Below are positions 29,206 to 44,149 of a stretch of DNA of 64,000 bases, in pieces. The position numbers and the translations under genes are program-made. Location of the stretch: the NCBI RefSeq assembly GCF_009914755.1, contig NC_060927.1; one strand, written 5' to 3'. Origin of the DNA: the human T2T-CHM13v2.0 reference genome, Homo sapiens. Position 1 is the stretch's first letter. The number at the start of each line of letters is the position of its first letter. The notes below the pieces were generated by a model. It searched no databases. It was not told the origin of the DNA and saw only the letters and a program-made list of their open reading frames with translations.

Positions 29206-31569
29206 TTAATTAATTAATTTTTTAAATAAAATAATACAGTTGAATCAAGCACCTAAGGTAATATTATTATTCATCTGGGTAGATCTTAGGCAAAAGTAAA
29301 CCAATAAAAGAGAAAACCCCACTTCTGACTTAGTAACTCTTAGAGGAAGGGATCTGTAACGAGTTGACGGACAGGAGCCAAGGGCGTGATCATAGATTGG
29401 GGCTGTGGCAAATGCTCTAAACCTTATTACCCATGCCTTCTCCTATGGCTTTTCTCAGGTGGGAAAACTGCCATGACCTACACAGCCCAGACTTCAGCAT
29501 CTTCTTACAACAAGGGACACTCACATTCTGAAACCAGGTGATACAGAGCCAGGGCTGGGGCAAGTACAGTGAGGACTGGTAGTTGGCCAACACATCCTTC
29601 TATATTCACCATATTTTTATTTTTAATGCCTTGGATTAAAAGTGCTCAATTAGATAGAATCACAGAATAAGTTTGGAGCCCTCTAATTTCTTCTAATTAA
29701 CCTAAAATGATTACATAAAGGGGAAGTTTGCAATTTGGCCAACTAATGTGCACAATATACAGTCTCGTTTATGTTTGCTTTTCAACCTCAATAACTTCAT
29801 GCTTCATATGCTTTAACTTTAGAAGAACAATGTCCATTGGGCAGTATTATGAATAAGGACCTACCCCATCAGGTGAAAACATTAAAACACCAGGAAATAT
29901 AGCCAGCTGTGCTAACGAGGTGTTAGGAGTTGAGAATGCAGAGCCCCCTTTTGCTCTCAGTTTTTAGTTTGGTTTGTTAAGTTTGGTAACGTTCTCCATC
30001 AAGAAAAAAGTGAACCATATTTTGATCCAATATACTGTTATAAAATAGTTTCAGAAACTTTCTTTATATGTTCATTGTAATAATTCAATTAAAATGTGCC
30101 TTTTTTGGACTAAACTTTATAAAGAATTCCTATTAAAGGCAAGTACTGAATACAAGTTAAATACAAACTAACTATAAATTTAATTTTTTAAACCTATTTC
30201 TAACTTAAAGAAAGGTTAAAGCAATCTACTTTTAATTAAATATATCTATGGCAACTTAATTTTAAATCTTAAGGTTTTGCAACCCAATTTTTCATGATAA
30301 GAATATTACTAAAACTCATCTGCATTGAATGACAATCTTCCATTCCTCTCGGCTCTGACTCCATTATCTCTCTCATGGGAATGAATGCTTTGCTATGACT
30401 GATGATGAATAAGATATATAGGACAAATGATGCACTTTTTCATTTAAAAGACTAAAAAGGAAATTCACTTTAGTCTCCTTTCTGCCTAGTTTCATTAAAC
30501 TCTAAATGCAGCTATTCTAAGAGATTTTTTCTAGCTCAGATCAGCTTGACAAAAAAGGTCTCATGTATCATTTAAATCAATTACAGATTCTCTGGACATA
30601 TACCTCAAACTTTCAGTCCAACAGTTTTGGTTTAAAAATAAACACATAAAATATTACCAAAAAAAATATGCAATCAAACACGATCCTCAAAAAACAGTAT
30701 CCTGAAGGAGTATATTGTTTATAATTATTATTAAATTATATTCCAAGAGTTACTTTTTGACTTTAGAAAGTATTAGGAAAGTATTGGTAATTACTTCCTA
30801 ACGTATCTTTATAAAATTGTATCTATTTTTATACCAAAAAAATCACATAATGGCCACAACTACTTATAATAACATCAAAATTTCAATTTAATGTTATTAA
30901 TATATAAGCTCAGGCAATGACTGCTGGTTAGGAAGAAACCATCCATTTCCTCCGCTAGAAGAGAAGGTTATTGTCCCTCTTGTGCATTGCTTGAATTTCC
31001 AAGACTTACTTAACACAGTATTTGGCACACAGAAGAGACTCAATAAGTACTGTTACTTAAGGGAAGGAAAGCAGGGGTAGATGAGAAAGAAGCTATTGAA
31101 TTTAAATTCTGGATCTTTCATATAGTCTTCTAATATCAAGAACCCTGACAGATTTTTGAAACACACAAACACACACACACAACCACCTATATATATCATA
31201 TACATATAAACTATATGTATAGTGAATTACATGTGAATATCAACACTATTTAGAGGAAAATACAATTTTAACAGAGTAAGCACCTTATTTTAAGATCATA
31301 TTCTGTAACTACAGAAAAAAAAGGAAGAGAATAAAACTTTGATATTACTTGTCTAGAGTTTAGATGTATTGGTAATCATGTATAAACTGTTTTATGATAT
31401 TTTAGAAGTCTGTAATAATTGCTACAAAGTTAATTGCTTGTTTTATGTGAATTAAGAAATAAAGTACCATCTTTTTTCCCTAAGAACTCAGAGCCTTTTT
31501 GTAAGCCTGAAACTCTCTTTTTAACACTAGTAACTAGGCTTGCTGAGGAATAAGACGATCAAAGCAATA

Positions 31570-31715
31570 TCTAAGAAAAAGGAAGGATGGAAGGAAATGA
31601 GGGAAGGGGGGAGAAAAGGAGTGGGAGGTAGAGAACGAAGAAACTGAAAGAGAGAAGGAAAAGGAGGAGGAAGGGAGGGAAAAAGGGAGGAGAGAAGATA
31701 GGAGGGAGGAACAAA
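31570..31715 (+). repeat. Purine-rich (GGAA/GGAG) low-complexity tract
   Basis: ~145 nt almost entirely A/G. Confidence 0.8.
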
Positions 31716-32171
31716 TGAATCAAAAATGTTTTCTTCCTCTTTGAACAGAAAGATACATAATAGTATGTACAAATGTAGCCATTTAAAGAAAGTAGGGGTC
31801 ACTTAGAAGCAAATAAAATCAGAAATGGCTCTGGTGATTTATGTTCTTTTGACACAGCTGCTTCAAGAGGCACAGCCTTACTCTAGATTGCAAGAGTGGG
31901 CAAAGGAGGAGGGGAGAATTCTCCAGCTCCCCGCCTCCTTCTACTCTCCAGTCTTCCACTAGTGCTACCCACTAAACCAACTCAACAGAAGCAGAAGCCA
32001 AGGGAGCTCGGCTTGGAAATGTGGAGAGTACGGCAGAGAAGGATGAGTGAAAGGATCATAGGGCAAATAAGGAAATGACCAACACAGCAAAATATTGAAT
32101 TTGGTAAGAGCATCAATAACCAAGACAACCCAAGAGAATCAAAACTATATTGTTACCCAGTGTAACGCCTA

Positions 32172-32630
32172 TGTGACATAGCTGAATTTCTACCCTGCCC
32201 TAACTCTGCTTATCCTTAAGAAACAGGATGCCTATGATACAGTTTCCTTTGTAGCCAGACTAGCTGAGACTGGTTAGGACTAAGACAGCCGACTGAAGGA
32301 CGTCAAAAAGACCTCAGGCTTCATTATAATCTCATTTCCATGCTAAATGACACTCCCATCAGTGCCATGACAGTTCACAGTCGCCAAGACAATGACTGGA
32401 AGAGGCCATAAAAGGACAAAAAAGGCAGCACTCCAGTTCTGAAATGTTCACTGCCCACTTGCAGAAAAATCGTGAATATTCCTTTTGCTTTTAATGTCCA
32501 ACTCCTTCATTAGAGAAACACTACATTTTAATCCCCTCAACCTTCACTAGTCGAGAAGTTGATTGGTGAGCCAAGCTCCCTCTTCTCAATTTCACGGCCA
32601 CTGAATAAAGCCTGTACTACTTGACACACA
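32172..32630 (+). mobile_element. ERV LTR fragment with MER41-like core motif (subfamily uncertain)
   Basis: tgtgacatagctg start; cattataatctcatttccatgctaaatgacactccca.cagtgccatgacagtt; AATAAA near 32605. Confidence 0.6.
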
Positions 32631-32631
32631 T

Positions 32632-33130
32632 TTTCATAACAGTAAAATTCACAAGAAATAATAGAAACAACCCAAATGACCATCTACTGAGGAATGAATA
32701 AACAAAATGTGGACTACCTATACAGTGTAATTTTATTTGGCCATAAAGAGTACTGTTACATGCTACAAAACAGATGAACTTTAAAAATATTATGCTAAAT
32801 GAAAGAAGCCAGACACAAAAGCCCAGATGTATGATTCCATTTATATGACATGTCCAGAATAGGCGAAGCCATAGAGACAGAAACTAGATTGGTGGTTGAC
32901 AGGGGTTGGTAGGAAGAAGAGGGGAATTAGAACTAACTACTAACAGGTATGAGGTTTCTTTTGGGGTGACGGAAGTGTTCTGAAACTAGATAGTAATAAT
33001 GGTTGCACAACATAAAAATATAGTAAAAACCACTGAAGTGTGTACTTTAAAGAAGTGAATGTTATGTTATATGAATATCCCTCAACTTTTAAAATATTAG
33101 AATGAAAAAGAAAGAAATAAAATAAATACA
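32632..33130 (+). mobile_element. L1MB-like 3' end
   Basis: gaaacaacccaaatg.ccatc.actga.gaatgaataaacaaaatgtgg ... gtatgattccatttatatga ... A-rich tail. Confidence 0.8.
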
Positions 33131-34446
33131 AAAAGCGAGAGTATTAACAGGCCTTCAAGATTTGGGTTAAAACTCACTTATGTGTCCATGGTTGTTAAAA
33201 GACAATGACATCAATATTGAAGGTCATTCCTTCTTGCTGAAAAAAAGTGTGGTATTATTTTCAGCTTCCTGATCGCTAAATAATACATCTGAAGCGATTC
33301 CGCCACTGATTTACAAGCAAGTAAGATGGCTAAGTCATTTTTTCAGGAGTCCCTAATGAGAGGGGGGTCTCTGGCAGTCATAATTAAAATGAATACTTTC
33401 ATAGTTTTACATGATGAACTGGCAAGCTATAATACAAAGAAGCAAGTTTCCTTTTTTTCCGCCCCCCCAAGATCTATTCAAGCTTAAAAGTACCTCTAAT
33501 TTTTTTCCTTAAAAGGAAATAGTTCAACAGGGGTTGAAAATATAAAGAATACAAGACAGTAATAGGGAAAAGAGGAAAATAATCTGAAATGAAGAGAGAG
33601 CTACAGATTCAAAGCCTGACAATAAACCAGACCAAGCGTCAAGACTAATCAGTGAATTCCAATTCACCTGCATGAAACAACTGCTTGGATGAGCAAAAAC
33701 AATGCTGTACAGCTTTGACAGATTTACCACATTTCTGTAAACCTCTCCACAATGCAAAACGATACTCAGATAAGCTACCTGTGGCATAAGAAAGAAATTA
33801 TCAACAAATTAAATGGAAGTTGCCTTAAATGTCTATCATAAGTGACAGCTTCTTAGAATAATGCAATTTGAACTTAAAATGAATAGTTTTGTTGTGATCA
33901 CGATACAAAAAATTTGATATATGTTGTACTCAGTCACACTTGGGGCTAGATGTGACTGTTATAAAACAGAACATCACTTCTCTAAGAAAACATCTAACTT
34001 GATAAGAGAATATGAATAATGCACTTTGTGTAAGTAAATGGCGAGCTTAACAAAGCCAATTTGATAGATAAAATTATGAAAATTTAAAGACAACTGCTAA
34101 AGAACAACCATAAACAAGATAATTTTACAGACATTAACTCCAAGTGGAATACCAAAACTGAAACCTAAGAAAAAGTACTGTATTAACAGAGCATAAATTT
34201 TGAACAAAATATTTTTAAAAAGCAATATGAGGCTAGGAAATGTATATTTATGTTACACAATTCAAAATCTACTTTCTAGCATTAAGGTCCATACCAGGAA
34301 AAACTCTCTCAAACCATGTATTTCCTATATTCTGACACCACAACAATCATCAACACAGAAGAGGACTTCTGTGACCAAAGGTATGGGAACTTCTCCCCAC
34401 CACCAAGCAGCAGACACCAACTGGGTGTCCTCCAATTCAATCCTGA

Positions 34447-35073
<627 letters not shown>

Positions 35074-35354
35074 TCAGCTATCAGGAAGCTCTTGGAACCC
35101 AGTTCTCTTGGGTTTTTGTGGAAGCATGCCTTCCCCCAGGGTATGAGGCAGGACCCTCTCAGGGTAGAGTCTTAACAACCACAATCAGAAAGGTGGGGAA
35201 AGATTAGAGTCCTGCTTTGGAGCAGGTGGAAGGAAGAAGGAAGAAAGATTCTGTTTCCTGAGGCCTACCCTTAAAGTCTAACACACGCAGCATTTTAACG
35301 AAAGACTGTAACAAGGGACATGGGAATTGTGAGCCATGAACCATGGATAAAAAC

Positions 35355-35508
35355 CTAATATATAAAATATCTATTACATTTTAGGTATTATATATTATAT
35401 TAGGTATGATATCTATTAGGTATAATATATTAGGTGTTATATATTATATATATAATTTTATATATATATTAGTTTTATATATATATATGTGTATATATAT
35501 ATATATAT
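35355..35508. repeat. AT-rich / (TA)n simple repeat
   Basis: Repeated tattaggta/tatattatat units and (TA)n runs. Confidence 0.85.
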
Positions 35509-36809
35509 CTTACAACACGACAAGGTCTCTAACAGCAATCTCCTAAAATCCCAGAAGGTAAAGATGCTTTTCAGTAAAAATAATCCCATTAGGCATTATA
35601 GCAAAGCTCCATGATCCAGCACAATTGGGGCCAAAAGTTGGTATGTATGTTGAAAATATTAGTTAAAAGAGGGAGTAATAAAGTACACACACACACAAAA
35701 CAGTAAACATGTTATTTTAACTTAAAACCTAAATAGAAATATACATTCGCCCATCTTGTCACATAAAACTAAAGTTTGGGCCCTCTGATAAGGATTTTGT
35801 AGCATCTGTCTTATATGAACATACATCTCCAATGCAACGTTTATAATTCCCAACTCCCTCTGGACAAAAATGAATGAAAGCTAAAAGGTTTATGTAAAAT
35901 AATCTACATGCAAAAGTCAATTAGGTTTATATCTTTTCTTTTTAAGTTCATACTTAATTCAAAATACTTTTTAAAACTTGTCCTTACTGAGATTTTCCCA
36001 ATATTCAATAACTTTCTTTCCTGTCATAGTCATAGATCATCACTTTATATAAAATTATGATATAGAATTATAATGGGAAAAAGTAGCATGGATGGGATTG
36101 GGGGAGGAAACTGACACACAGTATAACTGGTAGAAGCAGAACTGTATACCTGTAGTAGACTATAGTCTACTACCTGTGCTCAGTATTCTGTGGGAATCAG
36201 TCAGCGGCATTTACAATGAAATCTGTTAAGCAAAAGTAAGTTCACTATGTCTAGTAAACAGAGATTGGTTAAGTAAACCTCCATTGTACATATACTCCAT
36301 TGAAAGTGAACAACCCATTAGGTAAAATAAACTAAGGTGGTGAGAGCAACGAAATCAGGTTGGAAAGCCAAAGGAAGTACTGCAAAACTTTCTACAAAAC
36401 ACTGTTTGCTGAATGCTTACTTTAGGTTCACATACGTCAAAGAGGTCACTTCTCAGCATAGGTACTGGTTTGGTTAACAAACCTAAAGCCTTGTGCCTTG
36501 TAGTTCGCTATCACTTTGCCAAAATAAACAGTTTCTAGAATCCCAAGGCTGCCTCCAAAAACCTGCTTTCTAGGAAAAATTTCCAATAAACTTAATTGAA
36601 GGGAAGCCACATAGCAAAAATGCATTAACAGAGAACCCAGAGGGAGTTGAAATGTCTATTGAACAAACGACTCCTTGAAGGTCTCTCTGAGTTCAGAAGT
36701 CAAGAAATCTTCTCAACAATCTGTCTGGATCACTACCCTGCCAAAACAATTCTCTTCCCACAAAAACTGTAAGATATCTAGAATATCAAAAAATATGGAA
36801 AGTTTACAC

Positions 36810-37645
36810 TGTATACCACAAAGATGGGTCATACGTTATTGTTCCCAATTTTTCATGAGCCTTATATTAGTCAGGGTTCTCTTAGAGGGACAGAACTAAT
36901 AGGATAGATATATAAAGGGGAGTTTATTAAGAATTAACTTACGCAATGGCAAGGTTCCACAATAGGCCGTCTGCAAGCTGAGGAGCAAGGAGAGCCACTC
37001 CAAGTCCCAAAACTGAAGAATTTGGAGTCTGACGTTCAAGGGCTTTAAGCATCCAGCATGGGAGAAAGATGTAGGCTGGGAAACTAGGCCCTTATCTTTT
37101 TCAAATTGTTCTCCTGCTTTATATTCACTGGCAGCTGATTATATTGCGCCCACCAGATTAAGGGTGGATCTGCCTTCCCCAGTCCACTGACTCAAATGTT
37201 AATCTCTTTTGGCAACACCCACACAGACACACCCAGGATTAAAACTTTGTATCCCTCAATCCAATCCAGTTGACACTCAGTATTAACCATCACAAGCCTC
37301 CATAAAAGATGATTTGGCCTTCATGCCTCATTGACATAAGGCTTGGCCATGTTATTTGGCTAATGAAATGTAAGTGCAAATCACATATGTTACTTACAAG
37401 CTGAAGTTTTTAGAGCCATCCTAGAGTTTCTTCATTGCTCTTTCTCTCTCTCATGTGATCAGTGGCTCCCCATATTGGGGTTACTCCATTAACCTGTATT
37501 CTGGAGTGAATTTGACAGTTGCGGGAGAGCCACAGCTGACCACTACAGCGAAAATGAACAAGAAAGAGGCCTTTGTTGTTGTAAGCCATCAAAATGTTGG
37601 AGTTGTTTGTAAAATGTCATGCCACAGTGAAAGCTGACTAATAGA
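36810..37645 (+). mobile_element. Old MLT1 (J/K-like) LTR split by the MLT2A insertion
   Basis: ggcttggccatg..tttggctaatgaaatgtaagtg ... ttgttgtaagcca ... aaagctgactaata. Confidence 0.6.
36863..37294 (-). mobile_element. MLT2A-like (HERV-L) solo LTR
   Basis: t.tattagtcagggttctc ... gttgacactcagtattaaccatcaca; perfect 5-bp TSD agcct (36858-36862, 37295-37299). Confidence 0.9.
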
Positions 37646-37756
37646 GACAAAAAAGATTAGATGAAGAAACAGAATCCAAAAGAAGCTGGTATCAGAATTA
37701 TACCCCGAACCAGAAACGGCTTCCAACCAGTAAAAAATGATCGCTAATTTTCGTAT

Positions 37757-38053
37757 CAGTGTTTCTCAGACTATGGTTATGTACCAATTACCCTTCTTAA
37801 AAAACTTTAATTTCACTATAGACCAATAATTATGTAAATAAAATTAATTATTCAAAAACTGAAAGAAAAAATATTTAAAACTCAAGCCCAAGTTTTTGTA
37901 TTGTAATTATTAGATTCTACAGAAATAAAATGACCCTGCCAAATTGCTATCAACATTCCTAAATGCTTATTCCCAATTTCTGACAATATCACTGAAAACA
38001 GATTACAGTTCACAGAACCCACTGGTCCACAGAGCACATGTTGAGTAGCACGG
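37757..38053. mobile_element. hAT-Charlie-type relic
   Basis: cagtgtttctcagact ... actggtccacagagcacatgttgagtagcac termini. Confidence 0.45.
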
Positions 38054-39167
38054 TTTCAGAGCACGTGGGATTAAGAAATATGAAGGCTTTTATGACACTG
38101 AAAACTTATATAACTGAAAAAAAAATTATAGACAAAACTGGCCCAAAAAAACAGTTAAAAACTTCTTCTTGCTATCTTTCCCACTCTGCAAAAATATCAG
38201 TGGTTCCTTTTTCTATAGGCATAAAAATCAAGGTTTGTTTCTTTTTTCCTTTCTTTCAGTCTATCAGTGATAGACATTTAGGTTATTTGAAAGGTGCCTA
38301 CCTCCCAGACTTAGTAATTTTAAATGAAATGCTTTCCGTTATAGCAAATAAGAACCCAATTATTTTATATTGACATATGTAGTTTACTGCCTTTCTCTCT
38401 TATTATCATCTAGATACTGGAAAGCAGCTAGTTATTTTCAATTATTTAGCAACCTGCAATAAACATGATTGAGAACCAAAACTCCAAGTGTATTTTAAAT
38501 CACATCTAATTTTCTAAAGAATGAGTCTTTGCTGTATTGCAGATGATTCAAAGTTTTAGAAATTCATCTCAGCCCTTTAAACTAGTTTCTAGTTTAACCA
38601 GAAAGACTTTTTCAGTGGTAAGAGTCCAATCCTGATGAATGTCAATATATATACACCATCCTTCTAGGTTGCTGCGGCAGCTGTTAGCTAAAAAAACTAG
38701 TTGTTTAAAAACGACTGGACGAAAAAGAAATGATTGTTTTATTTTCTCTCAAATAAAGAAAAATATAAGTACTATATTTAAAGTGAAGCTGTTTTCCTAC
38801 TAGTTTTTTAAAATGTGGATGGCAAATCTGCCTTAGTTTTGGCAAAACAGACTATTTTACTTTTGCAAGGTTCAAATGCCTTTTGAAATTAACAGTAATT
38901 TTCTGAAATAAATAAAAAGACCTTTGCAAATAAGAGGGTTTTTTTTTTAATACTGCCAATTAACATTTCTGTAGCACTGATTAAGGTACAAAATTTCTCA
39001 CATTCACAATCTAGTTAGTACCTAGAGCAAACCAGTCAGGCAGTTAAAACAATTATGATCACATTTATCCCCAACAAGCCAGAGGAAGAACCATTGTTTA
39101 GAGAGCTCAACTGTGTTTTCAAACTCTAAATCCCATCATTTTTTATTTTACACACCAATTCATGATG

Positions 39168-39326
39168 ATTTATTTATTTTTTATTTGTATTTATCTATTT
39201 ATTTTCTGGTAAAGATAGGGTCTATCTCTGTTGCCCAAGATGGTCTCAAACACCTGAATGATCCTCCCACCTCAGCATCCCAAAGTGCTAGGATTACAGA
39301 TTATAGGTGTTAGCCACTGAACCCAG
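39168..39326 (-). mobile_element. FLAM / Alu left-monomer fossil
   Basis: (ATTT)n tail, gttgccca.gatggtctcaaac, gatcctcccacctcagc.tcccaaagtgct.ggattacag. Confidence 0.75.
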
Positions 39327-39507
39327 CAGGCAATTTCTTTCTTAAATAGCATTTATATTTGATTATTCTAAGTACCTGTAACTAAAATAGTCTCAGGTCA
39401 GTAGGCACAAAAAAAAAAAAGAAAAAAAATCTTTCTTTTTGCTCAACTATTATTAGGAAAAAACGGATTTTATGTTAATAAGGGAAAAATAAAATACAGA
39501 ATCCCTG

Positions 39508-39524
39508 GAGAGAGAGAGAGAGAG

Positions 39525-39576
<52 letters not shown>
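39508..39576. repeat. Compound (GA)n(GT)n microsatellite
   Basis: About 10 GA units directly followed by about 24 GT units. Confidence 0.97.
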
Positions 39577-39579
<3 letters not shown>

Positions 39580-40857
39580 AGGCATGGTTAGTTCAGTTAT
39601 CTAAGAGTATATTTTCACGTAGGTTGTCATCACAATAAAAATTCTGTGTTCACTAAAGTCATACTGACCCACGTGTATATCTTTTTTTACAAAGAAACCT
39701 TCTAAATGCATCATTGGCTCAGAATTCAGGCTCCACTCTCAATTTTCAAATTGTTTGTTTTTGAAAGTCAAAGCCCATTAGTGAAAAAAAGTTGAGATCC
39801 CATTCACAAAGAGACTTTGAGATCCTATAACTTTGGACATAAAAAAGACATCCTTTCTTCTAAAAAAAGAAAATAAATTAGACATTTAAGTTTCCCAATA
39901 TACTGCCTGTCCTTAACTATTTTCTGTCACAATTTCATTTACTGTAGTCTTTTCTTATCTCTTCAATAAAAATAAAGGCCCACCGATTACATCTGCTGCT
40001 TTTCATGCCCTTAGTTACTAAATATTTGTTGATTGAGAATCATTAAATGAATGTTATCACAAGGATATGGAGAAATTTGAAATTATGCAATACATCTTTA
40101 TAAAGAGTGGAATTTTAAAAGTCAATGTAAATTGGGATAAAAAGTTAACAGAGGACATTTTTACAATAAAATATGGGCCAGGTAATTTTAGTTTCCTGTT
40201 TACAAAACATTTTTTTAATTACTGTACTTTTAACAGTTAAGCATTAAGTCCAAGAACATAAAATTTTTAAATGCAATTCTACAAACACACACAGCGCAAC
40301 TTTTAATAAATGAGCAATAGTCATTATGACAGTTCACAAATCTAGTTTTCATATAGTCCCTTTCCTATATTTTTATGTTTATAGAAACTATTAAGTGGAT
40401 TTCATCATAAATATGGGGGTGGGGGAACCAAATGCAACTATCAGATATTAATGGTGGTTCTTATAGTAGTTGGGTATCTTTACATAAAAATTTAACTTAA
40501 ACATTCTCAATATCCTCAACCTCTGCATGGAATTTTAAAAAAGAAAACTAGTGAAATAGAATGCCTTGATTATAGGCAGATTTCTAAATGGTCTAGTAAC
40601 AAAAAGTCAAGGCAGTCACTTAGAGAAGATGGGGAAATATTGTGTTTATGTAAAAGAAAAAATTATTAATAACAACCATGACTTAAGTGAGTAGTCTCTT
40701 ATCCTCAAAATACATTTAATAATTACCATCAGGCCAAGCTAATCTGAATTATCAGATCTCGTGGTCTTTTACAAAAGTGTCCATGAAATTTTCTAACAAC
40801 TCTCGAGACACATCTAATTTTTGGGACTACACCATGAATTATTTTCAGTCCTTAGAC

Positions 40858-41694
40858 CTGTACTTTCCAGTAAAGAAGCCAGTAGCTACAAGAGGCGATA
40901 GAGCACTTGAACTGAGGCTAGTGCAACTTAGAAACTGAATTTTATATTTTATTTTATCTTAAGTTATTAATTTAAATTTTAAAAGTGTTATTCAAGTCAG
41001 TTACTGGAAACCTCTTAATTTTGTTTGGAAAAAACTGGGTATATGAACATACTTTTAAACTGAAAATTTTATTAAACTTAAATTTAAATTAAGTGCAGTC
41101 TGCCCTCAAGTTGCACATCTACTGATTCAACCAATCTTAGATTGAAAATATTTGGAAAAGAAAAGTGGATGGTTGCATCTGTACTGAACACTTAAACAGT
41201 CTATTTTTTCTGGTCATTATTCCATAAACAATACAGTATAACAAATATTTATACAGCATTTACATTGTATTGGGTATTGTAAATAATCCAGACATGATTG
41301 AAAGTATAAGGGAAGATGTGCCTAGGTTATATGCAAATACTACATCATTTTATACAAGAGACTTAAGCATCCTTGGATTTTGGTATCCACGAGAAGTTGT
41401 AGAACAAGTTCCCCATTGACACCGAAGGATTACTGTATTTGCAATGAAAACTTACCATCTTAATTAAGACTTGCTGTACCCAGATTTCAAAGATGTGGTA
41501 CAAGAAAAGAATGAAATTCTCATCAATAAAATTTACATTGATTAAATATTAAAATGATAATATTTTATATACTAGGTAAATATAATTTATTATTAAATTT
41601 TACTCTACTGTTCTCCTTTCACCTTTTTAATATTGTTACTAAAATTTCTGAATTACGTAAGTGGCTTGCATTTTATTTCTGTTGGACAGTGCTG
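40858..41694. mobile_element. Charlie1-derived element (Charlie1b/MER3/MER33-like) split by MER2
   Basis: gagcacttgaa..g.ggctagtgcaact.a.gaaactgaatttt ... gtggcttgcatt.tatttctgttggacagtgctg. Confidence 0.65.
41096..41435. mobile_element. MER2 (Tigger-type MITE)
   Basis: gattcaaccaa...gaaaatatttgg ... acaatacagtataacaa.tatttatacagcatttacattgtatt ... ggattttggtatccac ... actg|TA. Confidence 0.85.
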
Positions 41695-41744
41695 TCTTAG
41701 ACAATGCATATTAATATAAAACCCAAAGTTCTGTTAAGTCAGGT

Positions 41745-42020
41745 TCCTTGAAGAATAATTTACATTGCATTAAAATTTGTTCTTTATACATGTACAGTTC
41801 TATAAATGTTGATAAATTCATACAATCAGGTAACCAGCACCACAATCAGGATATAAAACATTTTCACCACCCCAAAAATTCCCTCACGTCCCTCTGTAAT
41901 CAACCTTTACCCACCACCCCAACCCCTGACAACAATGATCTGTTATCTGTCCCCACAGTTTTGCTGTTTCTAAAACGTCATAAAAATTGAATAACACAGC
42001 ATGTAGACTTTTGAGCCCAG
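41745..42020 (-). mobile_element. L1MB/MC-like 3'UTR fragment
   Basis: gtaacca.caccacaatca.gatata.aacattt.caccacccca. Confidence 0.65.
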
Positions 42021-42837
42021 TGAAATCAAATTTTAAATATTATACCATTCTATGGTATTAAAGGATTATGATCATTTTGATATTCCTTTTCCTTGTATCA
42101 AGAACCTTTACCAAGGCCTATTTTTTCCAGTTATTCCACTTTCAAAACTGAACTTTCATCCTTGTCATCATTCTAGTAATGTATTTACCCTTCAAGAATA
42201 AAACTTAGTAGATTGTATTACAGTTATTTACATTACAGTCCTTCCTCCCACCAGACTCTAAGCTAGAAACCTGACTTTGCTTTCCATAGCGTTAACTCTG
42301 TCTAGTGGAGTTAACAGTGCAAATGACAATGCTGACAAGATATTTCCCACTGTGTTCTAAAACAAGGTAAAGGAAAAAAAGAAATGAGTGATGGAGGTTA
42401 CACCCCAGATTAGATATCTACTTTTACTGAAGACTCCGAAAAGAGTATAAGGCTATACAGAGGATCCAAGAACTATGATGCCAGCCAGCCAGGTGTGAAT
42501 GCTAGCGGAGCTTTATGCCAATATTTTTACCTGGATTGCTATTGGTTTTGTCAGAGCTTGCTAACAAAGTTAAGTAAATTTGGAGTTGTCTTCCTAATAG
42601 CATTTTTCTCATAAACCTTGTTATTTCTAGTACATGATTTTACAGAACATAAAGTCTTTCAAGAATACACATATCACATTATAACAGAAACAGCTGCACC
42701 ATACAAAGAGCTTAATAAATTCTAAGGCTCTATCTGAAAAGTCTGATATTTATTTGTAATCATTAAAGTTCATATGGTTAAATACATGAAATATAAGAAA
42801 TATATGTATTAAATAGTTAATAAGATATTACTATTTA

Positions 42838-43065
<228 letters not shown>

Positions 43066-43442
43066 TTAAATAGTCTTCTAGAAAAGCTACTGTAATTAAG
43101 TAACTGCTTTAGTCTTATTCAGGGAAAAAAAGACATTATTAAAGAAGAATAATATAAATAATTTCATTTATTAGTAGAGGCTACCTGGTAGGATAAAATC
43201 ATTCTTATTTAAAATAAACTGAGCTAATCTAACTAGCATTTTTTGTAACTTCAAGCACTGGTATGAGAGAGGAAATATGATGGTTATACTATTTCATGAA
43301 TTTTTTTAAAAACTAGCATTATAGCAACTTCCATGTCAAGACAGTGTAATGGAACAGAATCTCTACATCTCTCTCCTCTGATTCCTAAGAAAATGAAATA
43401 ACACAGTCAAAATTCAGCAAGAAAAATAAAATTAGCCTACTG

Positions 43443-43660
43443 CAGGGTTTGGCAAACTTTTCCTGTAAAGGGGCAGACGGCAAATATTTTAGGCTTTGTC
43501 AGCCATATGGTCTCTGTCACAGCTACTCGAGGGTGTCTCTGAAGTACGAAAGGGGCCATGGACAAAAAGTTAATGAGTGGGTGTGGCTGTGTTCCAATAA
43601 CACTTTATTTACAAAAAACAGGTAGTGGGCCAGATTTGGCCTGCAGCCTTTTCCTTCCCT
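43443..43660. mobile_element. MER58A
   Basis: cagggtttggcaaacttttcctgtaaagg ... gtggctgtgttccaataa.actttatttacaaaaa.caggt.gtgggccagatttggcc. Confidence 0.88.
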
Positions 43661-44149
43661 AAAGCAACTAAGCATGTCAAGAACATACACCATATCAAAG
43701 CACAAAAGCCAGTGGCCACAAGAAGAAATCACAGATTCCTAAGCAGGGCAAAGAACAGCACATGCCTGCTCCTGACCCTCTCCCAGTTCCCCTGGATCAG
43801 GTACTGGTACACCAAAAAGTACTACCCTATTTTCATTAGTATCCCCTATATCCAGTAAGAAACAAACTAGGAAAAACTTGGTAAAACTGGAGAAGTAAAC
43901 CATGTGCCAGGTGCTCTATGTCAGAAGTGAAGGTTCCAGAACTATACAATGAACTAGGCAATGCCAATAAGCTTCTCTACACCTCCCCATACCCTCAGGG
44001 GTAAGGAATCTTTCCCAGAAAGATGGCAGGAATCGAGGCACGGGATGTCCAGGGAATATACAAAATTTGAGATGCAGAATAATGAACCACATCTCAACTT
44101 AGCTACATAGAAAATGGACCTTTTTACAAATACTTCACATTATACAACT

